44,017 nucleotides of DNA, taken from Malacoraja senta (taxonomy: Eukaryota). The notes under the pieces were generated by a model. The model was given only the letters and a program-made list of their open reading frames with translations, ran no database searches and was not told the origin of the DNA. Position numbers and translations under genes: made by a program. Positions within the stretch are counted from its first letter, which is position 1; the number at the start of each line of letters is the position of its first letter. The stretch is from NCBI GenBank assembly GCA_038087875.1, contig JAXLNO010000034.1:1-44017 (forward strand), given 5' to 3'. This document shows positions 1 through 10,122 of the stretch, piece after piece.

Positions 1-152
1 CCCAACATTTAAAAAACCGTTAGACTGATACATGGATAGGACAGGTTTGGAGGGATATGGACCAAAAGCAGGTAGTGTAGCTGGGGCATGTTGGCGGGTG
101 TGGGCAAGTTGGGCCGAAGGGCCTGTTTACACATTGTATCACTCTATGACTA
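1..152 (+). mobile_element. 3' end of a CR1/HER1-type LINE
   Basis: Typical elasmobranch LINE 3' terminus 'ggagggatatgg...gttgggccgaagggcctgttt...ctctatgact'; the same terminus recurs at 15895-16060. Confidence 0.75.
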
Positions 153-220
153 CATTATACCTCCACCATGCATGAATGCTTCAAAATCAAGTGATCGAGT
201 TTTATTGCCATATACTCAAG

Positions 221-1604
221 CATAGAAACATAGAAAATAGGTGCAGGAATAGGCCATTCAGCCCTTCAAGCCAGCACTGCCATTCAATCTGATCATGGCT
301 GTTCATCTAAAATCAGGACCTCTTTCCTGTTTTTTCCCATATCCCTTGATTTCGCTAGCCTCAAGAGCTAAATGTAACTCTCTCTTGAAAACATCCAGTG
401 AATTCGCCTCCACTGCTTTCTGTGGCAGAGAATTCCACAGATTCACAACTCTCTGGGTGAGGAAAGTTTGTCCTCATCTCAGTCCTAAATGGCCTAAATG
501 GCAGTGACTAGTGGGGTAACGCAAGGCTCGGTGCTGGGACCGCAGCTATTTACAATATACATCAATGATTTGGATGAAGGGCTTCAAAGTAACATTAGCA
601 AATTTGCAGATGACACAAAGCTGGGTGCCTGTGTGAACTGTGAGGAGGATGCTATGAGAATGTAGGGTGACTTGGACAGGTTGGGGGAGTGGGCAGATGC
701 ATGGCAGATGAAGTTTAATGCGGATAAATGTGAGGTTATCCACTTTGGTAGCAAAAACAGGAAGGCTGATTACTATCTAAATGACGTCAAGTTGGGAAAA
801 GGGGAAGTACAACGGGATCTGGCGGTCCTTGTACATCCGTCTATGAAAGTAAGCATGCAGGTACAGCAGGCAGTGAAGAAAGCGAATGGCATGTTGGCCT
901 TTATAACAAGAGGAATCGAATATAGGAGCAAAGAGGTCCTTCTGCAGTTGAACAGAGCCCTAGTGAGACCATACCTGGAGTATTGTGTGCAGTTATGGTC
1001 CCCTAATTTGAGGAAGGACATTCTTGCTATTGAGGGAGTGCAGCATAGGTTTACAAGGTTAATTCCCGGGATGGCGGGACTGTCATATGCTGAGAGAATG
1101 GAGCAGCTGGGCTTGTACACTCTGGAGTTTAGAAGGATGAGAGGGAATTTCATTGAAACATATAAGATTGTTAAGGGCTTGGACATGCTAGAGGCAGGAA
1201 ACATGTTCCCGATGTTGGGGGAGACCAGAACCAGGGGCCACAGTTTAAGAATAAGGAGTACGCCATTTAGAACGGAGACGAGGAAACACTTTTTCTCACA
1301 GAGTGGTGAGTCTGTGGAATTCTCTGCCGGGCAGTGGAGACAGATTCTCTGGATGCTTTCAAGAGAGAGCTAGATAGGGCTCTTAAAAATAGCGCAGTCA
1401 GGGGATATGGGGAGAAGGCAGGAACGGGGTACTGATTGGGGATGATCAGCCATGATCACATTGAATGGCGGTGCTGGCTCGAAGGGCTAAATGGCCTACT
1501 CCTGCTCCTATTGTCTATTGTCTATTGTCTATTGCCTACCCCTTATTCTTAAACTGTGACCCCTGGTTCTGAACTCCCCCAACATCGGGAACATTTTTCC
1601 TGCA
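221..1604 (-). mobile_element. CR1 LINE 3' fragment (221-496 and 1535-1604) split by a younger CR1 insertion
   Basis: Starts with the tail 'catagaaacatagaaaataggtgcagg' and is collinear with the minus-strand CR1 at 32316-32655 on both sides of the insert. Confidence 0.85.
497..1534 (+). mobile_element. 5'-truncated CR1 LINE (RT C-terminal half and 3' UTR)
   Basis: Encodes QGSVLGP, FADDTKL and LVRPYLEYCVQLWSP. Has a (CTATTGT)n tail and a premature TAG near 662. Nearly identical by eye to 29210-30248. Confidence 0.95.
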
Positions 1605-1709
1605 GTTACAATAAATGAAAATCTAGCAGGCAAGCAGGATGCTTTCTCCAACCACCGCCATTTGAAGGCCACTATCTTCCACCACTTCTACCTAGTGCTT
1701 GGTACCTAC

Positions 1710-1865
1710 TTCCAGCAGCCACTGGCTGTCCTCCAGGATGCATCGAGCCGCAGCCTGGTCCATGCCAGTCACCAGGGCAAAATCGGCACAGAGACTCTCA
1801 CAGCCTCCGCGCAACTCTTCCGACGCCTCCGACGGCCCGGGACTCTTGCACTGAGACTGCTCCAT
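1710..1865 (-). CDS. TDP2: Tyrosyl-DNA phosphodiesterase 2-like, first coding exon (UBA-like domain)
   Basis: ATG in a strong Kozak context (gccATGG) within a CpG island. 52 codons ending LCADFALVTGMDQAAARCILEDSQWLLE resemble the TDP2 N-terminus as recalled (LCVEFASVASCDAAVAQCFLAENDWEME), followed by a phase-0 donor GAA|gtaggt. Downstream exons are not in the window. Confidence 0.8.
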
Positions 1866-2230
1866 GGCCGGAGCTGCAGCGAGGAATTCGCCAGCCCGGC
1901 AAACGCTCCCCAGCCCCGGCCCACCGTCCGCATCTGCCCCCACCGCTGCTTCTACTGCAATCCCTCCCTCCGCCCCGGCTCTCCAACACCCACAACCAGG
2001 TTGCTCAGCAGCGCCTCTTCCAAAGCCAGAGACATTGAAACATGTCTAGCCAAAAACGTGGGGGGGCTGCAGCCCCCCCGGTTCCGCGCCCCATGTACCT
2101 CTCTCCTGCCATTCGACGGCCTCGCTCATGTCAGCCGCTTCCGCAAATCCTTAAATTCCGACTGCCGCGGGGAGCAGGACATGGCCTTACTTGCTGCGCT
2201 GGGTATCACTCATTCACTGCCCGGTCCTTC
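1730..2230. promoter_or_regulatory. CpG island / probable promoter and 5' UTR of the TDP2-like gene
   Basis: GC- and CpG-rich, non-repeat stretch overlapping a first coding exon in an otherwise AT-rich window. Confidence 0.65.
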
Positions 2231-2347
2231 AATATAAATTTGCATGGGGACATGGTTTGGAGGTGTGTGGCGGTTCAGTCAAGTGAGAATAACAGAGAAT
2301 AATAATGCTACTGTCTTGTCAACAAACGCGCACACAAGCAGTTGATA

Positions 2348-3236
2348 CTAGTTTTGAAATTCTCGTTGATCACAGAATTGTGTGGGCGGTGGGGTGTGTG
2401 GGGGGGGCGGGTGTGTGGGCGGGGCGGGTGTGTGGGGGGGGCGGGTGTGTGGGGGGGCGGGGGGGGCGGGGGGTGGCGGGTGTGGAGGCAGATGTGTGGA
2501 GGGCGGGTGTGCGGGGGGGCGGGTGTGTGTGTGTGGGGGGGGTTATGTGTGGGGGACGGGCTGTGTGGGGGAGAGGGGTATGTGGGCGTGTGGGGGTTGT
2601 GGGGGAAAGGGGTTTGTGGGCGGGGGGAGTGAGCTCAGAGAAACACGGGGGAAGACCCATGGGGGAGAAGAGGGCATCACGGGAGGGGAGAGAGGAGCCA
2701 GCGAGGGGCACCAAAGGGGTAGTGGCTGGAATTGGCGGTGCAATGGGACTCACAGCAGGCGCTTTCCATTTGGCGGCATCTCCAACTACGGGCTGGGCTG
2801 GGTCTCTGACTCTATGCTGGGTCTCCGACTGGGCTGGGTCCCTACACTGGGCTGCTGCTTGGGTGGGGCTGCTGCTTGGGGCGTGGCTGCTGCTTCGGGC
2901 GGGGCTGCTGCTTGGGGCAGGCTGCGCTACCCCAGTAAAGACGTGATGGTGCAGGAAGGGGCGGACCGTCCCTGGGAGTGACAGGGGAAGAGACTAATCC
3001 GCGCGGCTCTGATTGGCATGAGAAGAGATCGATCTGCGCATGCGCGGATTTTAAGATTTTTAAACCTCGCTAACTTTAACGACATTCAACCAATCGGAAC
3101 GAAACTTGGTGCACCTGCAGCATAGGAGAACGGTGAGTGAACTGGCAAAAAATCATAGAGCTATCGCGAACCGTTTTTGCACAAATAGAAAGACCGCCAA
3201 ACCGGAAGATAACAAGATCAGAGTTTTAGTTATGTA
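2348..3236 (-). mobile_element. Non-autonomous Helitron-like element A, containing a G-rich low-complexity tract
   Basis: On the minus strand the 5' end reads (TCTA)TACATAACTAAAACTCTGATCTTG, homologous to the element starting at 24647. The 3' end has the hairpin AATTCT-gtgatcaacg-AGAATT followed by CTAG|T at 2351-2347. Confidence 0.7.
2380..2630 (+). repeat. G-rich (GGGCGGGTGTGT)-like low-complexity repeat
   Basis: Directly visible runs of G3-G9 separated by c or tgtgt spacers. Confidence 0.9.
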
Positions 3237-3792
3237 CTAGACCAAGTGCAGTCCCGTTGGGTCTGGACACTGAACGTGCTTAAGACCCCGGGGTTTTAGA
3301 TCCCGAACGTGCGTCAGACACCGAGTTGAAAATCGCTAGCGAAAAAAATCCCGAACGTGCAGATCCCGGGGTGAAAATAGCTTGCAAATAAAACACAGAA
3401 CGTGCTTCAGACCCCGGGGTTTTAGAGCCTGAACGTGATTAAGGTCCTGGGATGAAAATCGGTGGCGAAAAAAAGATTGTGTCGTTTTCGGAGCAGAGGC
3501 GGTCGACAGCAGCCGTTATGGTGGCTGACCAGCAGGAGGAGACAAAATGAGTGAGTGTTGGGGGGGGAGGGGGGGTGGATGGATTTTATTTTTAAAAGTG
3601 TAAATAAACACGACGAAATTTAATCAGGAGTGGCTACTCGTAAAGAAAAGTGAAATCTCTACCGAAATGGAAAAAATCTCGCCGTTTCTGCGTGCGGTGT
3701 TGGCTGCGTATCAAAGGCTGGCTGGCACAAGTCAAGAAGACACCCCCACACACACACACACACACACAGAGTTTTAAATATAGATAGATAGA
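3237..3792 (-). mobile_element. Non-autonomous Helitron-like element B
   Basis: On the minus strand: A|TCTATCTATCTATATTTAAAACTC(TG)n at the 5' end, and imperfect hairpin GACCC-AAC-GGGAC then CACTTGGT-CTAG|T at the 3' end. No TSD. Internal GAACGTG-containing tandem repeats at 3270-3470. Confidence 0.75.
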
Positions 3793-4493
3793 TTGTATTT
3801 GATTTTCTCATTCACTTTACATTTTCAGACCGCCACTGAATTCTCAGAACGTTTTCTGTGTCTTCTTCCACAAAGACACTATATATTTTTGACTTTTCAG
3901 TCTGTAAGTGACCCCCCAAGTTACACTAGTTGATCTTTTTTCTCTGACCTTTCCATAGAAGCTCTTACATTTATTGAATGTATTTCACCAGACTCCTCTC
4001 AAATTCTATTTCCCCTTTCCATGTCAAATTCTGCTTCCCCTTTGCAGAATTGTGATATTTCCCCCATCAATAGACTTTTAATATTTTATCTAATTTGCTG
4101 AATGTTTTTGTTTTAAGGAGGAAACATGTAAAGAAGTCTGTTTCAACAATGTCTGTGTTGTTGTTAACCCGCACAGTGAAGTTTTTAATAACAGGATAAT
4201 GAAATAAATCTTAGGAATTTCAGGCAGCTCTTGCCATGAATGAGTCACTCTCATTATTCCTCAGTGATAAGTATAGTAATTAAATTAGATTACACCAGTA
4301 TATTGATGTAATTACAATCACGTCTAATAATTATTTTGCTAGCTCAGAACCTAAATATTATATAGCTTCTTGTGATATGATATTTTGATACTATGCATTT
4401 CTAGAACTTCATACCATTGAGATGAAGGGGAAATAAATTTCAACCTGCATAATTACCAAATAAACAATTAAATTACATTCTAATCTTTCATAC

Positions 4494-4623
4494 CATTGTG
4501 ATCATCCTTCTCTCCAGTAGCATCAACAGTGCCATCTGGCATCAGACGTATGAACTTTCCAATTGGTTTGCAATAAAACTGCAAAATCCTCCCTGCCATG
4601 AACTTCCACTGCTCAACAGCCCA
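4494..4623 (-). CDS. RP1: RP1 long-isoform exon (start of a beta-trefoil-like region)
   Basis: cag|TGG...AATG|gtatga, 130 bp, phase 0 to 1; WAVEQWKFMAGRILQFYCKPIGKFIRLMPDGTVDATGEKDDHN. Confidence 0.85.
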
Positions 4624-4807
4624 CTGATTAGAGAGATAAAAGCACTGTTAATTAATGTCCTGATCAGGGAAGTAAGATTTAAGTCAACAAACACTGACTT
4701 TAAAAAATACAATCTGCGTTTTAACTGTTTGATGCTCTGCAAATTCTAATGGACTTCCAACATGTTTACATGAAATTAATTCAAGAAAGGAAAGAAGGGC
4801 TTCTTAC

Positions 4808-4839
4808 AATTTCCTTTCTTCTCAATTCCAGCTCATGTT
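4808..4839 (-). CDS. RP1: RP1 long-isoform 32-bp micro-exon
   Basis: ttgcag|AACAT...AATT|gtaaga, phase 1 to 0; KHELELRRKEI. Exactly bridges the phases of the two neighbouring exons. Confidence 0.85.
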
Positions 4840-4976
4840 CTGCAAAGATAAAAAGTTGACATCAGTTACCATTAAGCAAAAATGCAGAAACGTCTGTTCA
4901 TTATGATAACAGAACATTTCTTATGCACAACAGAAGCCATCTGGTGAAGTTTGTACTAGATTGCTGTGATACTTAC

Positions 4977-5053
4977 TTGCCGGAAAGGTAAAGTTATCAG
5001 CAACGTAAAGTTCCCGTGCAATTTTACCATCCTCTTCTCCCTGGTCCAGCCAT
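4977..5053 (-). CDS. RP1: RP1 long-isoform exon (end of PLAT domain 2)
   Basis: ggcag|ATGG...GCAA|gtaagt, 77 bp, phase 2 to 1; RWLDQGEEDGKIARELYVADNFTFPA is the PLAT C-terminal motif. Confidence 0.9.
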
Positions 5054-5975
5054 CTGCCAAGAGAAAATTAGATACAGCATGTAGTTTGCAATGTGTCAAA
5101 ATATATGTCTGGCTTAAAAGTATTTGGCTCAATTCAGCTTGTAAACTGTGAGGCTGTTAAAAAAAACTGAGACTAGTATATCACATGTTTGTCACACATT
5201 CAGTGCTTCTTTCCTCCAGCTCTGCCACCAAATAATAGCTCCATAGTTATAGAAAAATTGATGGAAAACGGATGATTTATAATCCTTCTTCCAACATATT
5301 TATGCATTTTTAGATTTTAGATTTTTAAAAATACTTTTTAGTCATTTTCAAGTTGAATAGGTAGAAGGATAATTCTGTTCAAAAATAAAACATCCCTACT
5401 GAATTAATGATTCAAAATACCTAATATAAAAGGAATAATCTTGAAGTAAATACAAAATAAATTGTTTTTTAGAAATAGCGAGGAATGTAGAAAAAATAGA
5501 AAACTGAGAATACTAAAACTAAATTTGTTATAGCTAAATCAAAAATCATCAGTTTTAATGCATTTTATTAAGCACACATAAAACATAATGATCAAAAGTT
5601 GGTAATCATAACCAGTATGGTAGACAAAATCATTGGATTTCTGATGAGCAAGTAAAATAACATAGAACAATTGAGAATCCATATGACTGAAGAAATTCTT
5701 AATTGGCAAAAGGTTTCTCAAATAAAATCACAATAAGTAGAAGATGAATTAAACTTTAAAATAGGATGCGCAAATGTTAAGACATTGGATTGCCCAGTTG
5801 CCATAATTGAAGTGATACTTATCTGTAAATTTAATCTGTATTATGTAGGATTTAATACTTTGTGGTTAATAAATGCAGACATTAAACATTATAATAGATT
5901 TTTTTTAATTTGCTCCATAAGGTTAAAAATATTGGTAAGCCAATACTATATATTCATATATAAATTAATTCAAAC

Positions 5976-6054
5976 CTGTGGCATGGAAAAAGAAATCCTT
6001 TGCTGCCTTTAACAGAGTCTTTTATTGTAATCTTCTCCAGAAACCAGCCATGTC
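5976..6054 (-). CDS. RP1: RP1 long-isoform exon (PLAT domain 2)
   Basis: cacag|GACAT...CACAG|gtttga, 79 bp, phase 1 to 2; GHGWFLEKITIKDSVKGSKGFLFPCHR. Confidence 0.9.
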
Positions 6055-7778
6055 CTGTGAAACAAGAGGAAGCAGAAAGACTGATTATAAATACAGCTGT
6101 GGATAATCGCTTGTTTTCGCATTTGTGGAAAATATACAGTACAGAAGATAATATGAAATTGTTGAAGAATGGCATATAACACATTTAGAATTGTCGCTTC
6201 ATTTGTTACTTTATAGTTATAGATTTTATCCCATTACATTCGAAACATCAGCAAAAATAAAAATAATCCATCTCTTCTGAAATTGAAAATTAACAAGAAT
6301 GCTACCAGTATATAAATCAATGTTGTTCACCACACAGGCAAATAGAAAATCAAACTTGCTCAATTAAAATGATATTGATTAACCCTTACCTGCAGGAGAT
6401 CTTTGCTCCTGATTCTCCACAAATGTAATTGAATTTAAATTAAACCTAAAAGGCAGTACTTTGAATAATTTCTCATACCTTTACCCATCTAAAGGCAAAT
6501 GCCAGGAAATTAAATCTCAATATACAAACGCTTTTTTAACAATATGTCAAAATGGTATTTACTGAGATGGTATCAAAACGAATACGGGTCAACTATCAGG
6601 AAAAGCCGTGATTACTATCTAGAAGGGATTCCAAGAGTGATTCTGGTTATATATATGCAAGGATACCTTTAAAAAACAAGTGTACCATGTGATCTGATTT
6701 TGATGCAGTGTTGGACCAATCATTATTGTTTAGTTTCAAGTTATTGCTTCCAACAAAAGATGTTCTAATCATTAGTTCTACTTATTTACTTCTGCAAGCA
6801 ACAACACAAAAGAATCTAAATATACCACACTGGGAGGATGGGTCATTGTTGCTGAGTAAGTAGCAGGGCAGTGATATTTAATGGGGAAGCAGGCTTGAGG
6901 GTACAGATGGCCCATTTCTTCTCCTATTTTCTGAGGTAACAGCACCTGAGTGTCCTCCAAAACCTCTAGAATTTTTCAAGTATCTTTACACCATTTCATT
7001 CAAAAACAAATCTTCTGTCCTGCATCACATTACACAGACAGAAAAACTTCATCTGATCTTGACAGCTTCTTAACTGCCACATTAGGCCATTTGTCTCATC
7101 CTGATTCCCTTTGTTCTGCCCTCCCCTTCCACCATCTTCTCTGCTACCTTTTGCTCTATCCCAGTTCTGATGTAGGGTGTCAGGCCTGAAACATTAATTA
7201 TTTTCCTTGTTTGACCAACAGAGTGTTTCCATCTTTTGTTTTTATTGGGTATAAAGTACATATTTCCACATTTCCAGGAGCCAAATTAATTTATTGTTTC
7301 ATTGTATCCGAGATATATAAATCATTGATAAGTGAGCATTGTGAGTGTGCAGCCCCATTGATGGTAACACTTCAAGCAGATACAACTGTATGAATATATT
7401 AGAACTACAAACTATCCCTAAACTGAACCATTGATGAAGAGCAATATCCACTGACCATCTCAGAATATATGCTCAAAGGAATTGATGGGATCTAAGTGCA
7501 CTAGAGGACTTGACCTGTCCATGATTACCTACAATTGATTATAGATGTAAGAAGTCAGAACTGATGTTGAAGAATTGTGATTAAGATAACATCAAAGATT
7601 TTACAGTGTAGGACCAAAGGCAATAAGAATTCCTGAATTTCCATGCAATCAAGATAATTTCCTCAACACTGCTGAGAAAGACAAAATATGCTGAAGCAGA
7701 CTTTTATGAGAAAATTCACAATCTGTTGAAATACATTTTGTCAAAATTAAACATTTAAAACCAGGTAAAAATTCTGAC

Positions 7779-7857
7779 CTGCACCAAGACCATCATGGCC
7801 AACTACAAGTTTTTGTGGTTTGCCAAGGTGTACAGCTTTCAATGAAAAGATATCAGT
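7779..7857 (-). CDS. RP1: RP1 long-isoform exon (PLAT domain 2)
   Basis: ttgcag|ACTGAT...GCAG|gtcaga, 79 bp, phase 0 to 1; TDIFSLKAVHLGKPQKLVVGHDGLGAG. Confidence 0.9.
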
Positions 7858-8765
7858 CTGCAACAAATTACATAAAGACTATTATGAACATTAATTATCA
7901 ATCCATTTATATTGTCTGAATAATAACAATGTACAAAACAACCTCATGCCTCACCCACTGAGTTTATCCTGCATTTTATGTCTACCTTCGATTTTTGAAG
8001 CATCTGCAGTTCTTTCTTAAACATGTTTCATTATTTCATTATCAGTTGATGAATGAATTACAGATTAGACAATGCATTGACTTTAGAAATATCTTGGGAT
8101 TCCTGAAATGGACCATTAACACCACCTTTCACCTTATTTCTTCTGGAGCCATTATTAACATAGGCAAAAGAAGGCTTACAATAACAGAGTAATCCAATAA
8201 TGCAGTACCCCTGAGATGTTGTTTGTTAGGTTGGTTGTAAGATGTTACACCTAATAATTTCCAAACACATTTTTAATCTCATTTTTTTAACATTAGTAAA
8301 TGTTCTAGGGAACCCGTTGAGTTTAAAGCCCTCAGGAAGTTTACAAGCAACTCCAGCCATAAACCTATCCAGATTCACGCCTTTGGAGCTCCACACCCCA
8401 ACTTTTCTCTAACTCTCTGCAGACTAATGAATGAGCCAGATGCTGGACCATCAGGATTTCCAAACAAGCAGATGCCTGATCATCAGAGTTCTCTTGTACT
8501 TTGAAGTGTAATAACTGTTGTACTGCATGATGCTGGGAAATAGTTGGGAAATTTTCTTGCAACTAACCATGTTCAGATCAAAGCAGATCTATAATGGGAA
8601 TGTTCTTCTGTAAATGTGAATGTCATTACTAAAATTGACTTTGCACATTCTCTGATAGAAATCTCTTTAAACATCAATGTGCAATCATTTTGTTTTGTAG
8701 ACAAGTGTTTACAGATGCAGAGATCAGATTGAATGTACATGTATTTTGTTCTTTATTAGTCATAA

Positions 8766-9965
8766 ATGTAATAATGGGGCATTTGGATAGCAGTAAAAGG
8801 ATTAGTCCAAGTCAGCATGGATTTATGAAAGGGAAATCATGCTTGAATAATCTTCTGGAATTTTTTGAGGATGTGACAAGTAAAATGGATGAAGGGGTGC
8901 CAGTGGATGTAGTGTATCTAGACTTTCAGAAAGCCTTTGATAAGGTCCCGCACGGGAAACTGGTGACTAAAATTAGAGCACATGGTATTGGGGGTAGGGT
9001 GTTGACATGGATAGAAAATTGGTTGGCAGACCGGAAGCAAAGAGTAGGAGTGAACGCGTCCATTTCAGAATGGCAGGCAGTGGCGAGTGGAGTGCCGCAA
9101 GGCTCGGTGTTGGGGCCGTAACTGTTTACCATATATATTAATGATTTGGAAGAGGGAATTAGGAGCAACACTAGCACGTTTGCGGATGACACAAAGCTGG
9201 GTGGCAGTGTGAACTGTGAAGAGGATGTTAGGAGGTTGCAGGGTGACCTGGACAGGTTGAGTGAGTGGGCAGATGTGTGGCAGATGCAGTATAATATAGA
9301 TAAATGTGATGGAATGTTGGCCTTCATAACAAGAGGATTTCAGTATAGGAATAAAGAGGTTCTTCTGCAGTTGTATAGGGCTCTGGTGAGACCACATCTG
9401 GAGTATTGTGTACAGTTTTGGTCTCCTAATTTGAGGAAGGACATCCTTGTGATTGAGGCAGTGCAGCGTAAGTTCACGAGATTGATCCCTGGGATGGCAG
9501 GACTGTCATATGAGGAAAGATTGAAAAGACTAGGCTTGTATTCACTGGAGTTTAGAAGGATGAGGGGGGATCTTATAGAAACATATAAAATTATAAAAGG
9601 ACTGGACAAGTTAGATGCAGGAAAAATGTTCCCAATGTTGGGCAAGTCCAGAACCAGGGGCCACAGTCTTAGAATAAAGGGGAGGTCATTTTAGACTGAG
9701 GTGAGAAAAAACTTTTTCACCCAGAGAGTTGTGAATTTATGGAATTCCCTGCCACAGAGGGCAGTGGAGGCCAAATCACTGGATGGATTTAAGAGAGAGT
9801 TAGATAGAGCTCTAGGTGCTAGTGGAATCAAGGGATATGGGGAGAAGGCAGGCATGGGTTATTGATAGGGGACGATCAGCCATGATCACAATGAATGGCG
9901 GTGCTGGCTCGAAGGGCCGAATGGCCTGCTGCACCTATTTTCTATGTTTCTATCTATGTTTCTAT
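8766..9965 (+). mobile_element. 5'-truncated CR1 LINE RT fragment with an internal deletion
   Basis: SQHGFMKGKSCL, YLDFQKAFDKV, QGSVLGP and FADDTKL motifs. Jumps from DKC to GMLAF near 9309. (TTTCTATG)n tail. Confidence 0.95.
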
Positions 9966-10122
9966 AAAGACTTGTTAACCTTTATTTTGTGTTATCATTG
10001 ATTGTGTACGTAATTATTGATCAGGAACTGTTAACTATAGATGAGGTACACCCAGTATATGATTTCTTCCTCAAGTGAAGTAGTTCACACAATCAGATCA
10101 CAGCATAAAGGTCTGCTGTGTT

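Noticed and set aside
1710..1865. Alternative identity as DCUN1D or another UBA-like protein
   Set aside because: The LC.[DE]FA.V...D.A.A.C.L....W..E pattern and the phase-0 intron directly after it fit TDP2 better. Not fully excluded without the downstream exons.
1662..2237. 191-aa plus-strand ORF
   Set aside because: Non-ATG start, antisense to the TDP2-like exon in a stop-poor CpG island, and no recognisable homology.
2305..2981. Long Gly-rich and Pro-rich ORFs on both strands
   Set aside because: By-products of the G-rich low-complexity tract inside a Helitron; no domain or splice support.
1710..4623. In-frame RP1-PLAT/TDP2 read-through fusion
   Set aside because: The last PLAT-isoform exon ends in phase 1, whereas TDP2 intron 1 is phase 0, so splicing to TDP2 exon 2 would be out of frame.
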